Assembly: GCA_963674735.2 (NCBI GenBank)
Contig: CAXXQS010000002.1
Location: forward strand, 2,080,001 to 2,144,000
Source of the DNA: Myxococcota bacterium
GTDB taxonomy: Bacteria; Myxococcota_A; SURF-8
DNA length: 64,000 nt
Reading direction: 5' to 3'
Both the position numbers and the translations under genes were made by a program. The notes below the pieces were generated by a model that did not search any database, was not told where the DNA came from, and saw only the letters and a list, made by a program, of their open reading frames with translations. Numbering within the stretch: the stretch's first letter is position 1; every line of letters begins with the position of its first letter. Positions 47,501 to 56,235 of the stretch are shown here, in pieces.

Positions 47501-49150
47501 GCAATCGTTGTCCAGTCCGTCGCAGTCTTCCACGCGCGGTCCGACGATGTCGCCCGTGCAGTCGCTCCAGCGGTTGTCGCTGCAGCTTTGCACGCCCGCG
47601 ACGCATTCGCCTTCGTTCGTGCCGCCACAGATGCGTTCGCTGCCGTTGGCGCATTCGAAGCCTTCGTCGGCCTGTCCGTCGCAGTCGTCGTCGCGCTGGT
47701 TGTAGACTTCTTCGCCCGGCGTACAGACCTGATCGAGGCAGGAGCCGCAGCTGCAGTCGTCGTCGCTGTCGCAGGAGCGCACCACCACGCCCTGAATGGC
47801 CAGCCCGCCGTAACCGTATTGGGCGATGAAATCGTAGGTGAACTGGCCGTAGCCGTTGTCGCCCCAATAGGGACTCCAGGAATTGAGGAAGGTGAAGCGG
47901 CGTGAGCTTTGATCGTAGCCGACGATTAAAATGGCGTGGCCGCCGTAGTAGCCGTCGCTGCCGGTCGGGACGTCGATCACGGTGTTGCGTCCCCACACCG
48001 ACCAGGCCGAGCCGTAAACCGGGACGCCGTAAATCACGTTCTGCCCGGCGGCCAGGGCGTCTTCGAGCTGGGAGATGCTACGGCCGTAAACATTGTAGGG
48101 GCCGACGCCGCGCAGGCGACCCAGGGCGTTTTCGTCGAATCCGCTCGGTGCTGATTGCAGCCATCCGATGCAGGAATTACCCGATGCGTAGCCGCTGCAG
48201 TCGTAGGTCCAGGCCTCGTCGGTGACGAGGTAGCGCGAACCGGTGACGGCCGTCACCACGCGCGAGAGATAGGTGCCGTCGGTGCAGGAGAGCGAGAGGC
48301 CCGCCATCGACCAGGCATGAGTTTGCGAAAGATCGGTATTGGTGGAGAGGCTTTCGACCTGCAACGCTTCGAGCCCGTGGACCGTGGCGAAAGCCACGCA
48401 GGTGCCGCAGGCGCCCTGATCGTCGGCCTGGCCGAGCCCATCATCCAAATACTCGCTACGATGATCGACCGCGCTCGGAACGGACAAGGTTGGTTCGCTC
48501 GCTCCGCCGATTTTGGGAAAATACAGCGGAGGCGCATCGCCCAGCGGATTGCCCGGCGGCAGGCAGACGCTGCGTCCGTTGCCGATGTCGAAGGGATTGC
48601 AGCCCGGCGCGGGCGGATCGTCCAGACAGTGTAATTCGTAATCGTAAAAGCCGTCGGGGCACTCGCAGAAGGGTCGGTCGGCTTCGTCGACGAAGCATTC
48701 GCCCACGCCGCAATCAACGCCCTGGCAGGGGTCGGCGGCGTCGTTTGGGACGCAGGCCAGTTTGCGCGCGTGATAGCCGGGCAGGCACAGGCAGGCGGGT
48801 TGTTCGTCGATGACGACACAACGCCCCCAACCGGAGCAAAAAACACCCATGCAAAGATCGTCGCGGACCGCCGCCTCGATCGGATCGTCCGTCGCCGGTC
48901 CCGGATCGACGAGGTCGCTGTCGGTTTCGCTGACGGCCTCGAAATCGCCGTCGCCGCTGATTTCGTCATCGGAATCGCCGTCGAGCGGCACGCAATTTCC
49001 CGAGGCGTCGTCGAAACGTTCGCCCGCCAGGCAAAGACCCGCATCGAAATCGCCGAAATCGCCGCCCAGCGGGCCCGACGAACAGGCTGCCAACAGGCTC
49101 ATGACGATTAAAAGCGATGTGAAATCAGTGATGTAAGAGCGAATCGGCAT
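44555..49150 (-). CDS. Large modular lipoprotein: EGF-like, C1A papain-type peptidase, CDGxDNDCDG repeats, two FGE-sulfatase domains
   Basis: LAAC lipobox; DQGACGTC, GHAILIVGY, FLNSW; EDCDGLDNDCDG-type repeats; RLPSEAEWEYAARAG and YDMLGNVWEW twice each. Confidence 0.9.
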   Translation of the reverse strand: MPIRSYITDFTSLLIVMSLLAACSSGPLGGDFGDFDAGLCLAGERFDDASGNCVPLDGDSDDEISGDGDFEAVSETDSDLVDPGPATDDPIEAAVRDDLCMGVFCSGWGRCVVIDEQPACLCLPGYHARKLACVPNDAADPCQGVDCGVGECFVDEADRPFCECPDGFYDYELHCLDDPPAPGCNPFDIGNGRSVCLPPGNPLGDAPPLYFPKIGGASEPTLSVPSAVDHRSEYLDDGLGQADDQGACGTCVAFATVHGLEALQVESLSTNTDLSQTHAWSMAGLSLSCTDGTYLSRVVTAVTGSRYLVTDEAWTYDCSGYASGNSCIGWLQSAPSGFDENALGRLRGVGPYNVYGRSISQLEDALAAGQNVIYGVPVYGSAWSVWGRNTVIDVPTGSDGYYGGHAILIVGYDQSSRRFTFLNSWSPYWGDNGYGQFTYDFIAQYGYGGLAIQGVVVRSCDSDDDCSCGSCLDQVCTPGEEVYNQRDDDCDGQADEGFECANGSERICGGTNEGECVAGVQSCSDNRWSDCTGDIVGPRVEDCDGLDNDCDGQTDENLTRSCGSDTGLCSTGTQLCANAAWGPCLGAVGPTAETCDNRDNDCDGQTDEALPGSDAPVESRCPTAGICADGAAQNVCSAGLWICAYPSGYLADECPVTVSACGLGALDDATCSDGLDNDCDGATDEHDPLALCMADPDYWRVGQSQSCYQGSAGRCLNAAGVYACAIDAASCAVEVECTGGLSPAAERCDGLDWDCNGVADDRNDRDADGFGDCPGLLDCDENNPAVHPGVAEICDDLDNDCNGLTDEPAECHPDADGDVDGDTDEEIEVVTDVALDWLPVAAGGFQMGCSVNDADCHPTGSEEPRHAVSVAAFEMLATEVTMSQYEEVIGWHPSFSDGCGNCPVEAVTWYDADRFCRSVGGRLPSEAEWEYAARAGTSTRFYCGDDYACLDEIAWSEGPDAHIVAQKSPNDWGFYDMLGNVWEWSADCVHPDYSDAPSDGGVWEGGDCSQRVMRGGCWGCYTWSMRASARAAGNPAQVYEHGVGFRCAREPQSIPIDGDEPDGDVPTDGDVPTDGDVPTDGDVPTDGDVPTDGDVPTDGDVPTDGDVPTDGDVPTDGDVPTDGDVPTDGDDPTDGDVPTDGDVPTDGDVPTDGDVPTDGDVPTDGDVPTDGDVPTDGDVPTDGDVPTDGDVPTDGDVPTDGDVPTDGDVPTDGDVPTDGDVPTDGDVPTDGDVPTDGDVPTDGDVPTDGDVPTDGDVPTDGDVPTDGDVPTDGDMPTDGDVPTDGDVPTDGDVPTDGDVPTDGDEDSVIDGDVEDESGPLVELDYAYICPGSFAMGCSIEDPDCEPDEAGQTQYMGDGFNLTATEITQEQFELVMGVNPSTFGGCPDCPVENVTWSQAQAFCAALDARLPSEAEWEYAARAGTTSRYGCGDDAGCLDAIAWYQDNASFATHPVGEKLPNDFGLYDMLGNVWEWTADCYSESGGVCTYRSLRGGNFYAEAVELRLSNRFSLPPEGTVNWTYASGFRCAIDLP
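45248..45967 (-). repeat. 18-bp tandem coding repeat, 40 units encoding DGDVPT
   Basis: 720 bp = 40 x 18. Only unit 12 (DGDDPT) and unit 36 (DGDMPT) differ in protein; third codon positions vary. Confidence 0.95.
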
Positions 49151-50056
49151 GTTGTCATCTCCCGCATGGCAAACCCCTATTCAAGTGTACAATCGGCTTT
49201 CGGCCCATATTCTTGACCGAAAAGTTAATTGTTATAAACATAGAAATATTTATAGTGTAAAATAAGTGTACACCATTTCGTGCCTGCAACCTCGCAGGCG
49301 GATGGGTCGCGGCTGGGTTGGATAGGCCGAGGCCTCAACGCCGAACGGGAAGTCGAAAAATAGATGTAGAGGAGTTGATAGGCACCCGACCACCCGCAGC
49401 GGCCTTACGGGGGCACACGAAGTAAGGTAGGACTATGAAAATACAAATAAATGCTTGATGCACAAAACCATCGGCGGTCTGTTGCGCGGCCTGCCGCGTG
49501 CGCGGGATGAAATCGTAACGAGCGGGAATCACAAGGGAAAACACGGATTCCGGCGGAGCAAGCCGGGCCAGGTCGAGGCTGTTTTGGTGAAAACGTGAAA
49601 AGATGTGTAAAAACAGGCAGATATCGTATCGACTTTGGCATGCCAAATAAATATAGATAATGGAATATAGTTAATATATTAGAGTATGCGCAACAAAACA
49701 ACCATAGAAACAACGAAAAACAGCTGTATGGACGCGTGAAAACGGAGCGTAACAATGGTGTAAGTGCTCGTAATAAAACATGAATACCGGCAGTACGCAG
49801 AGACCGGCGAGGCTTGCGGAACAACCGCCACGAAGGCCGGATTCGCAGGTTGCGGCGCACAGGTGTGACATATTAGGGCAAGCCGAGTAATCCGACCGGA
49901 AACGTTCCTGGGTGCTCTCGCAACGGCGGCGCAAACCGCGCAGCGGGCGCAACAAGCGCAAAACCACCTGACCGTGCGGGACGGCGAGGAGAGACGTGAT
50001 TATAAAAAAAGAGAGCCATGTGGCTCTCTAAATTGTCGTTAGGCCGGGTGCTCGGC

Positions 50057-51574
50057 TCAGGCCGATTCCGGAGCGGTCTCCTCCGATCGGGTCGGGTCGT
50101 CGCCGGGCGGGTCGTCGTGGCCCGAAGCATCGTCGTCATCATGGTCGGACAACACCTCGACGCCATCGCCGCCCTGGATGATTTTCTTGAAGAACAGGAT
50201 CAAAAGCGGTGAGGAGATGGTCATCAAGCCGATGACGAACCACATGATTTCGCCCTGACACGTGGTGTGCGCCACCACGCCTTCGCAGGCGCCCTCCATC
50301 AATTCGCCGTCGCAGGTGGGCGTTTGCGGACAATAGCCCGCCAGCATGTAACCCGACATGCCGCCGACCATGAGCTTGGCGACGAACATCGGCGCGGCGG
50401 AAAGCGCCATATAGCTGCCCTCGCGGCCTTTGGGTGCGATCATGGCTGTATATTCATACAAACGTGGCGACCAGAACGCCTCGCCCACCGAGAGCACGAC
50501 CACAAACGCAATGGCGGCCCAGTAGGGCGTGATGAAATCGAACGCGCTGCGGGCGCTCGGTCCCAGGCACAGGAAAAACACCGACAGTGACGAAATCAGG
50601 GTGCCGTACACGATCATTTTGAAGGCCGAAACCTTCGCGGTAAAGGCCGTAACCAGCGGCACGATGAAGATGATCAGGAAGGGATTGATGCCGATAATCG
50701 TGCCCCAGGGCGCACCCATGCCGAATTCCCGCTCCATGTATTTTGGAAACGTGGCGTCCATGTGGCGGAAAATAAAGCGTACGCCGATGAGCAGAACGAT
50801 GAATAAGAGGAAGCGCCAGAAACGCGAGGTGGAGGCGATTTCCCACATGATCTGCCAGGGCGCACCCGTTTTGGGTTTGAACTTTTTGGCCTGGCCCTCG
50901 CTGGAGACGTCGATTTCACGCACGAAAAATATCGAGACGATCAGCATCAAGAACGTGGCGATGGTGCCGGTAAACAGAATCAGGCGGTAGTGGGACAAAT
51001 GCGTGGGAGCCATCAGACCCAGGAAATCCGTATCGATCCCCGCTTCGAAGGTGTATTTGAACGCGTCGACCAGCGGCGCGGCCAACAGCGCCGCGATGTT
51101 CATCATGACGTAGAACAGGGAAAAGCCGAAGGAGCGATTCGAGTCGTTGGTGTAGCGGCGAATGCCGGTCATCATGACCGGAATGCCGAGCGCCGTGCCG
51201 ATCGGTAAAATGGTATACAACATCGCCGACATGACGAAGGTACTGTCGGTGACCGTCATGATGAAGCGGCTGATCAGAAGCAGCACCGCCCCCAAAATCA
51301 GGGACCGCCGCACCCCCATGTTGTCGATGACGAAGCCGATCAGAAGCCCGTATACCGAAATCAGCATGCCGAACAGGCCGTAAGCCCAGCCCGCCTCGAT
51401 ATCGCTGAAGCCGAACTCGCGACTGAGGTAGAGAACCAGGATATAGGCCATGGAGAAATAGGCGTAACTCTCCAGAAATTTTAAGAAATAGACGATCCAT
51501 AGTTCACGTGGAGCGCCTTTGAGAACCGTGAATTTTTGTAGAAAGCCCTGCTCGGCCGTCTCGGTCTGACTCAT
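50057..51574 (-). CDS. MFS transporter, POT/peptide-transporter-like
   Basis: FLESYAY, GFSLFYVMMNI, INPFLII, SVGEAFWSP, APKGREGSY. RBS GGAGG. Confidence 0.75.
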   Translation of the reverse strand: MSQTETAEQGFLQKFTVLKGAPRELWIVYFLKFLESYAYFSMAYILVLYLSREFGFSDIEAGWAYGLFGMLISVYGLLIGFVIDNMGVRRSLILGAVLLLISRFIMTVTDSTFVMSAMLYTILPIGTALGIPVMMTGIRRYTNDSNRSFGFSLFYVMMNIAALLAAPLVDAFKYTFEAGIDTDFLGLMAPTHLSHYRLILFTGTIATFLMLIVSIFFVREIDVSSEGQAKKFKPKTGAPWQIMWEIASTSRFWRFLLFIVLLIGVRFIFRHMDATFPKYMEREFGMGAPWGTIIGINPFLIIFIVPLVTAFTAKVSAFKMIVYGTLISSLSVFFLCLGPSARSAFDFITPYWAAIAFVVVLSVGEAFWSPRLYEYTAMIAPKGREGSYMALSAAPMFVAKLMVGGMSGYMLAGYCPQTPTCDGELMEGACEGVVAHTTCQGEIMWFVIGLMTISSPLLILFFKKIIQGGDGVEVLSDHDDDDASGHDDPPGDDPTRSEETAPESA

Positions 51575-51789
51575 GAAACCTCCGCGATGATGGGTGACGG
51601 TTCCATCCAGCTGTGAACATCTGGGACACAAACACCGGCTGCTTCCGGGGTTTGGGATATGGATCGAACCGCCAGAACTTTAGCGAAAATGGAGGTAAGG
51701 GTCAACCTTTTTCGGAAGCATCCCCATCGACAGGCTGGGAAAGCGCAGGCGGGAGTTGGCACGCGTCTCCGGCGGGCGCCGGACGGCGA

Positions 51790-52311
51790 TCATCTGGAAT
51801 TTCGCCGGATTCGTTGGATCTCCTTCTCATCAAGGCCCAAGGAACGCAGAAAATCGTGATGACAGCTTCCCGACAGTTTTTCAAAACCGCAATGCCAGCG
51901 TTGCATTCCCGCTTCATCGAGACCGGACGTGCGAAGAAGCTCGATCCACTGCTCTTTATTCATGACCTGGCCGCTCGCGCTTTTATTATCCTCTTTTAAA
52001 ATACCGACAATCACTTGCTGTTGTCGGCGCAGCGATCCGATTTCCTCATTTAAATCCGACAATCGTTTTTCAAGCGTTGCAAAGTAACTGACGGGACTTC
52101 GTTCTTCAAGTAAGCGCTGAATGTCGGATAACGATAATCCGGCCTCGCGATAGCGACAGATTCGGTGCAAGCGATCCATATCCCGCTTTTCATAAATCCG
52201 GTAACCCGCTTCACTTCGTTTCGACGGGCAAAGCAAGCCGATTGAATCGTAGTACAAAAGCGTGCTGCGAGACAGTCCGAATTCACCTGCCAATTTTCCG
52301 ATGCTGGCCAT
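51790..52311 (-). CDS. MerR family transcriptional regulator
   Basis: SIGKLA..FGLSRSTLLYYDSIGLL.P..RS.AGYRIY, GLSLSDI, coiled coil, ~57-aa C-terminal domain. Confidence 0.92.
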   Translation of the reverse strand: MASIGKLAGEFGLSRSTLLYYDSIGLLCPSKRSEAGYRIYEKRDMDRLHRICRYREAGLSLSDIQRLLEERSPVSYFATLEKRLSDLNEEIGSLRRQQQVIVGILKEDNKSASGQVMNKEQWIELLRTSGLDEAGMQRWHCGFEKLSGSCHHDFLRSLGLDEKEIQRIRRNSR

Positions 52312-52333
52312 ATTTTCACCTGAAACGTCAACG

Positions 52334-52356
52334 AAAAGGCGGGGTCCGAAGACCCC
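52334..52356 (-). terminator. Hairpin terminator/attenuator between the mini-gene and merR
   Basis: Minus strand GGGGTC-TTCG-GACCCC followed by GCCTTTT. Confidence 0.55.
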
Positions 52357-52375
52357 TATCGAGTGTCAGACCGAG

Positions 52376-52552
52376 TTACTTCGAGCTATCCCGAATGCGT
52401 CCGATCTCCTCGGCGTCAATCCCGAGAAGTTCGAGAAATTCCTGATGGTCTTCGCCGGAGAGCTTTTCGAATTCCCGATGGAATCTGTTCAGTCCTTCCG
52501 TATCCAAGCCGGTTTTCTTCAATAAGGTTTTCCATTGTTCCTTGTTTAGCAT
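52376..52552 (-). CDS. 58-aa stand-alone copy of the MerR C-terminal effector domain
   Basis: RBS AAGGA. 31/57 ungapped identities to the C-terminus of the adjacent MerR (NKEQW..LL...GLD..G..R.H..FEKLSG..H..FL..LG.D..EI.RIR). Confidence 0.9.
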   Translation of the reverse strand: MLNKEQWKTLLKKTGLDTEGLNRFHREFEKLSGEDHQEFLELLGIDAEEIGRIRDSSK

Positions 52553-52677
52553 CGTGGTTTCCTTTTTGCGAATTCGTGTGTGCGGGCGATTGGGGCGTCC
52601 CCGGCACGGCGGCACACACATGGGTTTTACATGGCTGTCCGTCTCGCTCGATGATCATCAGCCGCGATTCGAAAAGC

Positions 52678-52708
52678 AGGCTAAACTATGAAGTTATAGA
52701 CAGGTCAA
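52678..52708 (-). promoter_or_regulatory. MerR-type promoter with 19-bp spacer and internal dyad
   Basis: Minus strand TTGACC-tgtCTATAActTCATAGtt-TAGCCT; spacer is exactly 19 nt. Confidence 0.8.
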
Positions 52709-52850
52709 ACAAAATTTGGTTTTTTTATCAGGGTCGTGCATGCGGCATAGCTGACCGGCTCTTGCGAGATAACAGGCGCAAGGACCGGAGCCTGTTGGGA
52801 GACGCGCTCAGATCCGATGAGTGGCACCTTAACCCCCAACAACTCGCCGT

Positions 52851-53696
52851 TTACCAGCCGCAGCCGCGTTCGTACAGATCGTCACCGGCGGCCTGCAGTT
52901 CGTCCCACCAAAAGGTCCACTGGTCGCGGGCGCGCCGGGCGAACTCGGCCACGTCTGTGTCGTCTTCCGCCGCCTGTTGCATCCACTTGCTGTCGAGGTC
53001 GAGGGTGCCGGTGGCGTTGCCGAGTCCCGGTACGCGGGTTGAAAGTCGCGGAACATTCGGCGCCTCGGCCCAGCGGTCGTCGTCGGGCATGGGCAGCAGG
53101 CCCGGCAGGTCGGACCAGGCTTCGATGAAGGTCATTTCCCCCTGGTCGTTGAAGGTGAATTCTTCATAGATCGGGCAGGGTCGGCCATCGTATTCGAAAA
53201 CGATGTAGCAACGTCCGAAGGGCTGGACGGCGAAGGCACGGCAGTCGCGTTCGGGTACGGTTGATGGGTCGAAGCGGCGCAAAATCGCGGCAGTCGATTC
53301 CATCGTCTCCTTGCCATAACCGGTCAACAGCAGCCAGGGCGGCCACTCCCAGCGGGCCACCAAAGCCGAATAATTCGGGACGCTTTCCGGGTCGGCTTCG
53401 ACATCGAGCGTGTCGAAATATTTCAGGCTTTGCTCGATGTAGTATTCGGGCGGCATGGTGGGCGTCAGGCAGGCGGAGCTGGCACCGGGGGTGCCGACGT
53501 TGCGGCAGGACGAGGTGTCTGCGTCCCCGTCACCGTCTACGACGTCGTCCCCATTATCGATCGGATCTGCATCCAGGTCGACCGAATCACGGTCGCCGTC
53601 GGAGGGTGCATCGCCGTCGGTGGCGGATGGGTCGTCACCGCCGCAGCCGAGAAGCAGAAGCCCGATCAGAACAAGCACGAAGCTAGCGTGTCGCAT
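52851..53696 (-). CDS. Hypothetical lipoprotein with DGD linker
   Basis: MRH...LLGC lipobox, acidic linker, globular Trp-rich domain (ARWEWPPWLLLTGYG, CPIYEEFTF). Confidence 0.75.
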   Translation of the reverse strand: MRHASFVLVLIGLLLLGCGGDDPSATDGDAPSDGDRDSVDLDADPIDNGDDVVDGDGDADTSSCRNVGTPGASSACLTPTMPPEYYIEQSLKYFDTLDVEADPESVPNYSALVARWEWPPWLLLTGYGKETMESTAAILRRFDPSTVPERDCRAFAVQPFGRCYIVFEYDGRPCPIYEEFTFNDQGEMTFIEAWSDLPGLLPMPDDDRWAEAPNVPRLSTRVPGLGNATGTLDLDSKWMQQAAEDDTDVAEFARRARDQWTFWWDELQAAGDDLYERGCGW

Positions 53697-53991
53697 GGTT
53701 GGTCTCGCGAATTTTGGGTGCGTAATCAAAACGACTGCTGAATCAGACTTCGCCAGATTACCATAGCTATATCGCTCAGGCAATGCCTTGCCATTTCTAT
53801 TGTACGCTGTTTCTCAATTTCCGGAATCCACCATCGCCCGTCCTGCTCGGTTCGTTTTTCGTCAAACAAGGCTCCTGCCTTGTTTTCGGCGGAATCGGTT
53901 CAGGTGAAAAAGGCAAGACACCATGCGGAGCAGAACAAAGCCCTGTTCCTGTTCAAAGAAAAACACAGCAATCCAGCTGCGGTACGCGATG

Positions 53992-55383
53992 TCACGCGTT
54001 GAGCGCCGGTTTTCGCAATTTGTAGAAGATCCGCAGAGATAAGGCCGTTCCCAAAACGGCGGTGGCGCAGAATCCAAGCAGGATCAGCTGCATGGCCTGG
54101 TTGAACGCGGGAAACGACGCGGCGTTCAAAACCTGATCGCCGACCTTGTAGGCAAGGGCCATGGAAATCGCCACCATGCCGGTGGTCATCCCCAAGGTGC
54201 GCATCTGTCCGGTGACGGCCGTCGCCACCCCGTTTTGTTCCGTCCGAATCGAACTCATGATCAGATTCATATTCGGGGCGGCGAATAGCGCGATGCCCAA
54301 TCCCAGGATTCCAAGCACCAGCATCACCGATAAAATGGGGGTATCGAGATTGAAGGTCGAGGCCCAGCCGAGGCCCACCACGTTCAAGAGCATGCCGCCG
54401 GTAACCAGCGGACCGGACGAAAAGCGGTCTGCCAGACGACCGCAAAGCGGCGATAACGCACTTTGAATGAGGGGTTGGATCACCAAGATCCGCCCCGCCG
54501 TGGCCGGGCTCATGCCGTGTCCGAATTGCAGATACAGGCTCATCAGGAAGGTCATGCCGAAGGTGGAGGAGTAATTGAAAAACTGCAGCAGATTGCCGTT
54601 GCGGAAGGTCGCGTTGCTTCGGAACAGGTTCAAGTCCAGCAGCGGATACGGCTTTTGCGATTCCAGCTTCAGAAACACGATCAGGGCGACGACCGAAATT
54701 CCGATCAGCGGCAGTCCGAGCGCGTTATTCATATTGGCTCCGCCGATCACGAACAGACCGATGGTCAACATGCTCACGAAGGTGCCGGTCCAGTCGAAGG
54801 GATCGACCGAGCGGCGAAAGTCCCGTTCGATGATGGTGAAACCCATAAACAGGGCGCTGAAGCAGGGAATGGCGCCCAGAAAGAACACCCACCGCCAGCC
54901 CCAGGCGTGCGTGATGAGTCCGCCCAAAAACGGACCCGCCGAGATACCCAGATAGACGCCGGCCAGCGCGATGCCCAAAACGCGGCCTCGTTTTTGCGGG
55001 GGAAATCCCTCGATCAGGATCGCCAGGCTGCTCGACATCTGCATGGCGCCTCCGAAGGCCTGGACCGCCCGGACCGCGATAAGCGCTTCGATGCTTTGGG
55101 TAAACCCCAGCGCGACGGTCGCCAGGGAGAAAATCGTCAATCCGCCCAGAAAGATCCAGGCGCGCCCGATCATGTCCGACGCCCTTCCGAAGACGAGGAC
55201 GCACATGGCCGATACGCCGAGGAAAACGGATTCCACCAGGCTCAGGGTCACGCCGTCCGCCGCGAATTCCCGCCCGATGACCGGCAAGGCCACCCCGACG
55301 GAGGAAATCATGAACGGCACGGCAAACTGGGCCGAGGTGACGGCGAAGATCAGCATCCATCTTTTTGACTGCTGGTCCGTCAT
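53992..55383 (-). CDS. MFS drug efflux transporter (DHA2/EmrB-like)
   Basis: VALPVIGREF, FGRASDMIGR, RAVQAFG, GPFLGG, WRWVF, PLLDLNLF. Confidence 0.88.
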   Translation of the reverse strand: MTDQQSKRWMLIFAVTSAQFAVPFMISSVGVALPVIGREFAADGVTLSLVESVFLGVSAMCVLVFGRASDMIGRAWIFLGGLTIFSLATVALGFTQSIEALIAVRAVQAFGGAMQMSSSLAILIEGFPPQKRGRVLGIALAGVYLGISAGPFLGGLITHAWGWRWVFFLGAIPCFSALFMGFTIIERDFRRSVDPFDWTGTFVSMLTIGLFVIGGANMNNALGLPLIGISVVALIVFLKLESQKPYPLLDLNLFRSNATFRNGNLLQFFNYSSTFGMTFLMSLYLQFGHGMSPATAGRILVIQPLIQSALSPLCGRLADRFSSGPLVTGGMLLNVVGLGWASTFNLDTPILSVMLVLGILGLGIALFAAPNMNLIMSSIRTEQNGVATAVTGQMRTLGMTTGMVAISMALAYKVGDQVLNAASFPAFNQAMQLILLGFCATAVLGTALSLRIFYKLRKPALNA

Positions 55384-55844
55384 GCCTTGACCGCCTCGGT
55401 CGCCGCACGCAGGTTCGCAATCAAGCGGTCGAGCATGTCCAAACACAGCGTGCGTTCCTGTCGGCTGAAACCGGCGAACAAGGTGTCGTTATGGGCGCTC
55501 AGCAGGGCCACCAGGGAATCTTGCAACGCGCGGGCTTTGTCGGTGGGGTAGACGCGTTTGCGCCGTCGGTCTTGCGCATCTTCTTCGCGCCGAATCAGGC
55601 CGTCATGTTCCAGGTCGAACAGGGCACGGGCGGTGGCGGCGCGGTCGATGCACAGGGCGCGGGTCAGATCTTCCTGAATGATGCCTTCCCGGCGCAGGAC
55701 GCCCATCAAAAAGCCGATTTTCCCCCGTGCGATATTCAGCTTCCCCAACGGCTCGGCCAGGTAGGCCATGCTCAGGCGATGCAGCATGCTCAAACGGCGG
55801 CCCGGGGATTGTTCCTCGAAGTCAGTCATATTTTTGTGTGTCAT
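55380..55844 (-). CDS. MarR family transcriptional regulator
   Basis: GIIQEDL...LCIDRAATARAL..LE..GLI.R..D..DRRRKRVYPT; stop overlaps the MFS start. Confidence 0.92.
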   Translation of the reverse strand: MTHKNMTDFEEQSPGRRLSMLHRLSMAYLAEPLGKLNIARGKIGFLMGVLRREGIIQEDLTRALCIDRAATARALFDLEHDGLIRREEDAQDRRRKRVYPTDKARALQDSLVALLSAHNDTLFAGFSRQERTLCLDMLDRLIANLRAATEAVKA

Positions 55845-55877
55845 ACGGACCAACCTTTTCTCGCGACTTATCAATAA

Positions 55878-55931
55878 TTGACAAGTCATTTATTGACGAG
55901 TCAACGTATACGACCGGGCGCAAGTTGTCAA
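55878..55931 (-). promoter_or_regulatory. marR promoter with two tandem palindromic operators
   Basis: TTGACA-N17-TACGTT on the minus strand; boxes TTGACGAGTCAA (55893-55904) and TTGACAAGTCAT (55878-55889). Confidence 0.7.
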
Positions 55932-56235
55932 GGGCCTATTGGAAAAGAGGAATTCGGCAGGGGGGCAGGTGAAAAGATGCTTCTCTTTGTTATTGGACGT
56001 GAAACTTTACATGCAAAGTGGTACGAAAACGGGTAGCACGACAGTGCTTTCTGCTCTTATTTGGTATAGAAACTATTACAAAATCTTATTGGTTCAAGAT
56101 TCGGGACGTAGACCAGTTGACAATGTGCCCCGCAACACAAGCCCAATCCGGGATTCGAATAGTTTTCACTTGATTCTCTTTAACCTTATATAATATTGTA
56201 AAAGCACACATTATTTTGTTGGGAGTATTGTTCAG

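Noticed and set aside
49628-49647. Sigma54 promoter at TTGGCATG
   Set aside because: No GC at the -12 position on either strand.
49920-49985. c-di-GMP-I riboswitch-like GCAAACC...GGGCGCAA
   Set aside because: Lacks the GNRA-capped P2 stem and the downstream conserved elements.
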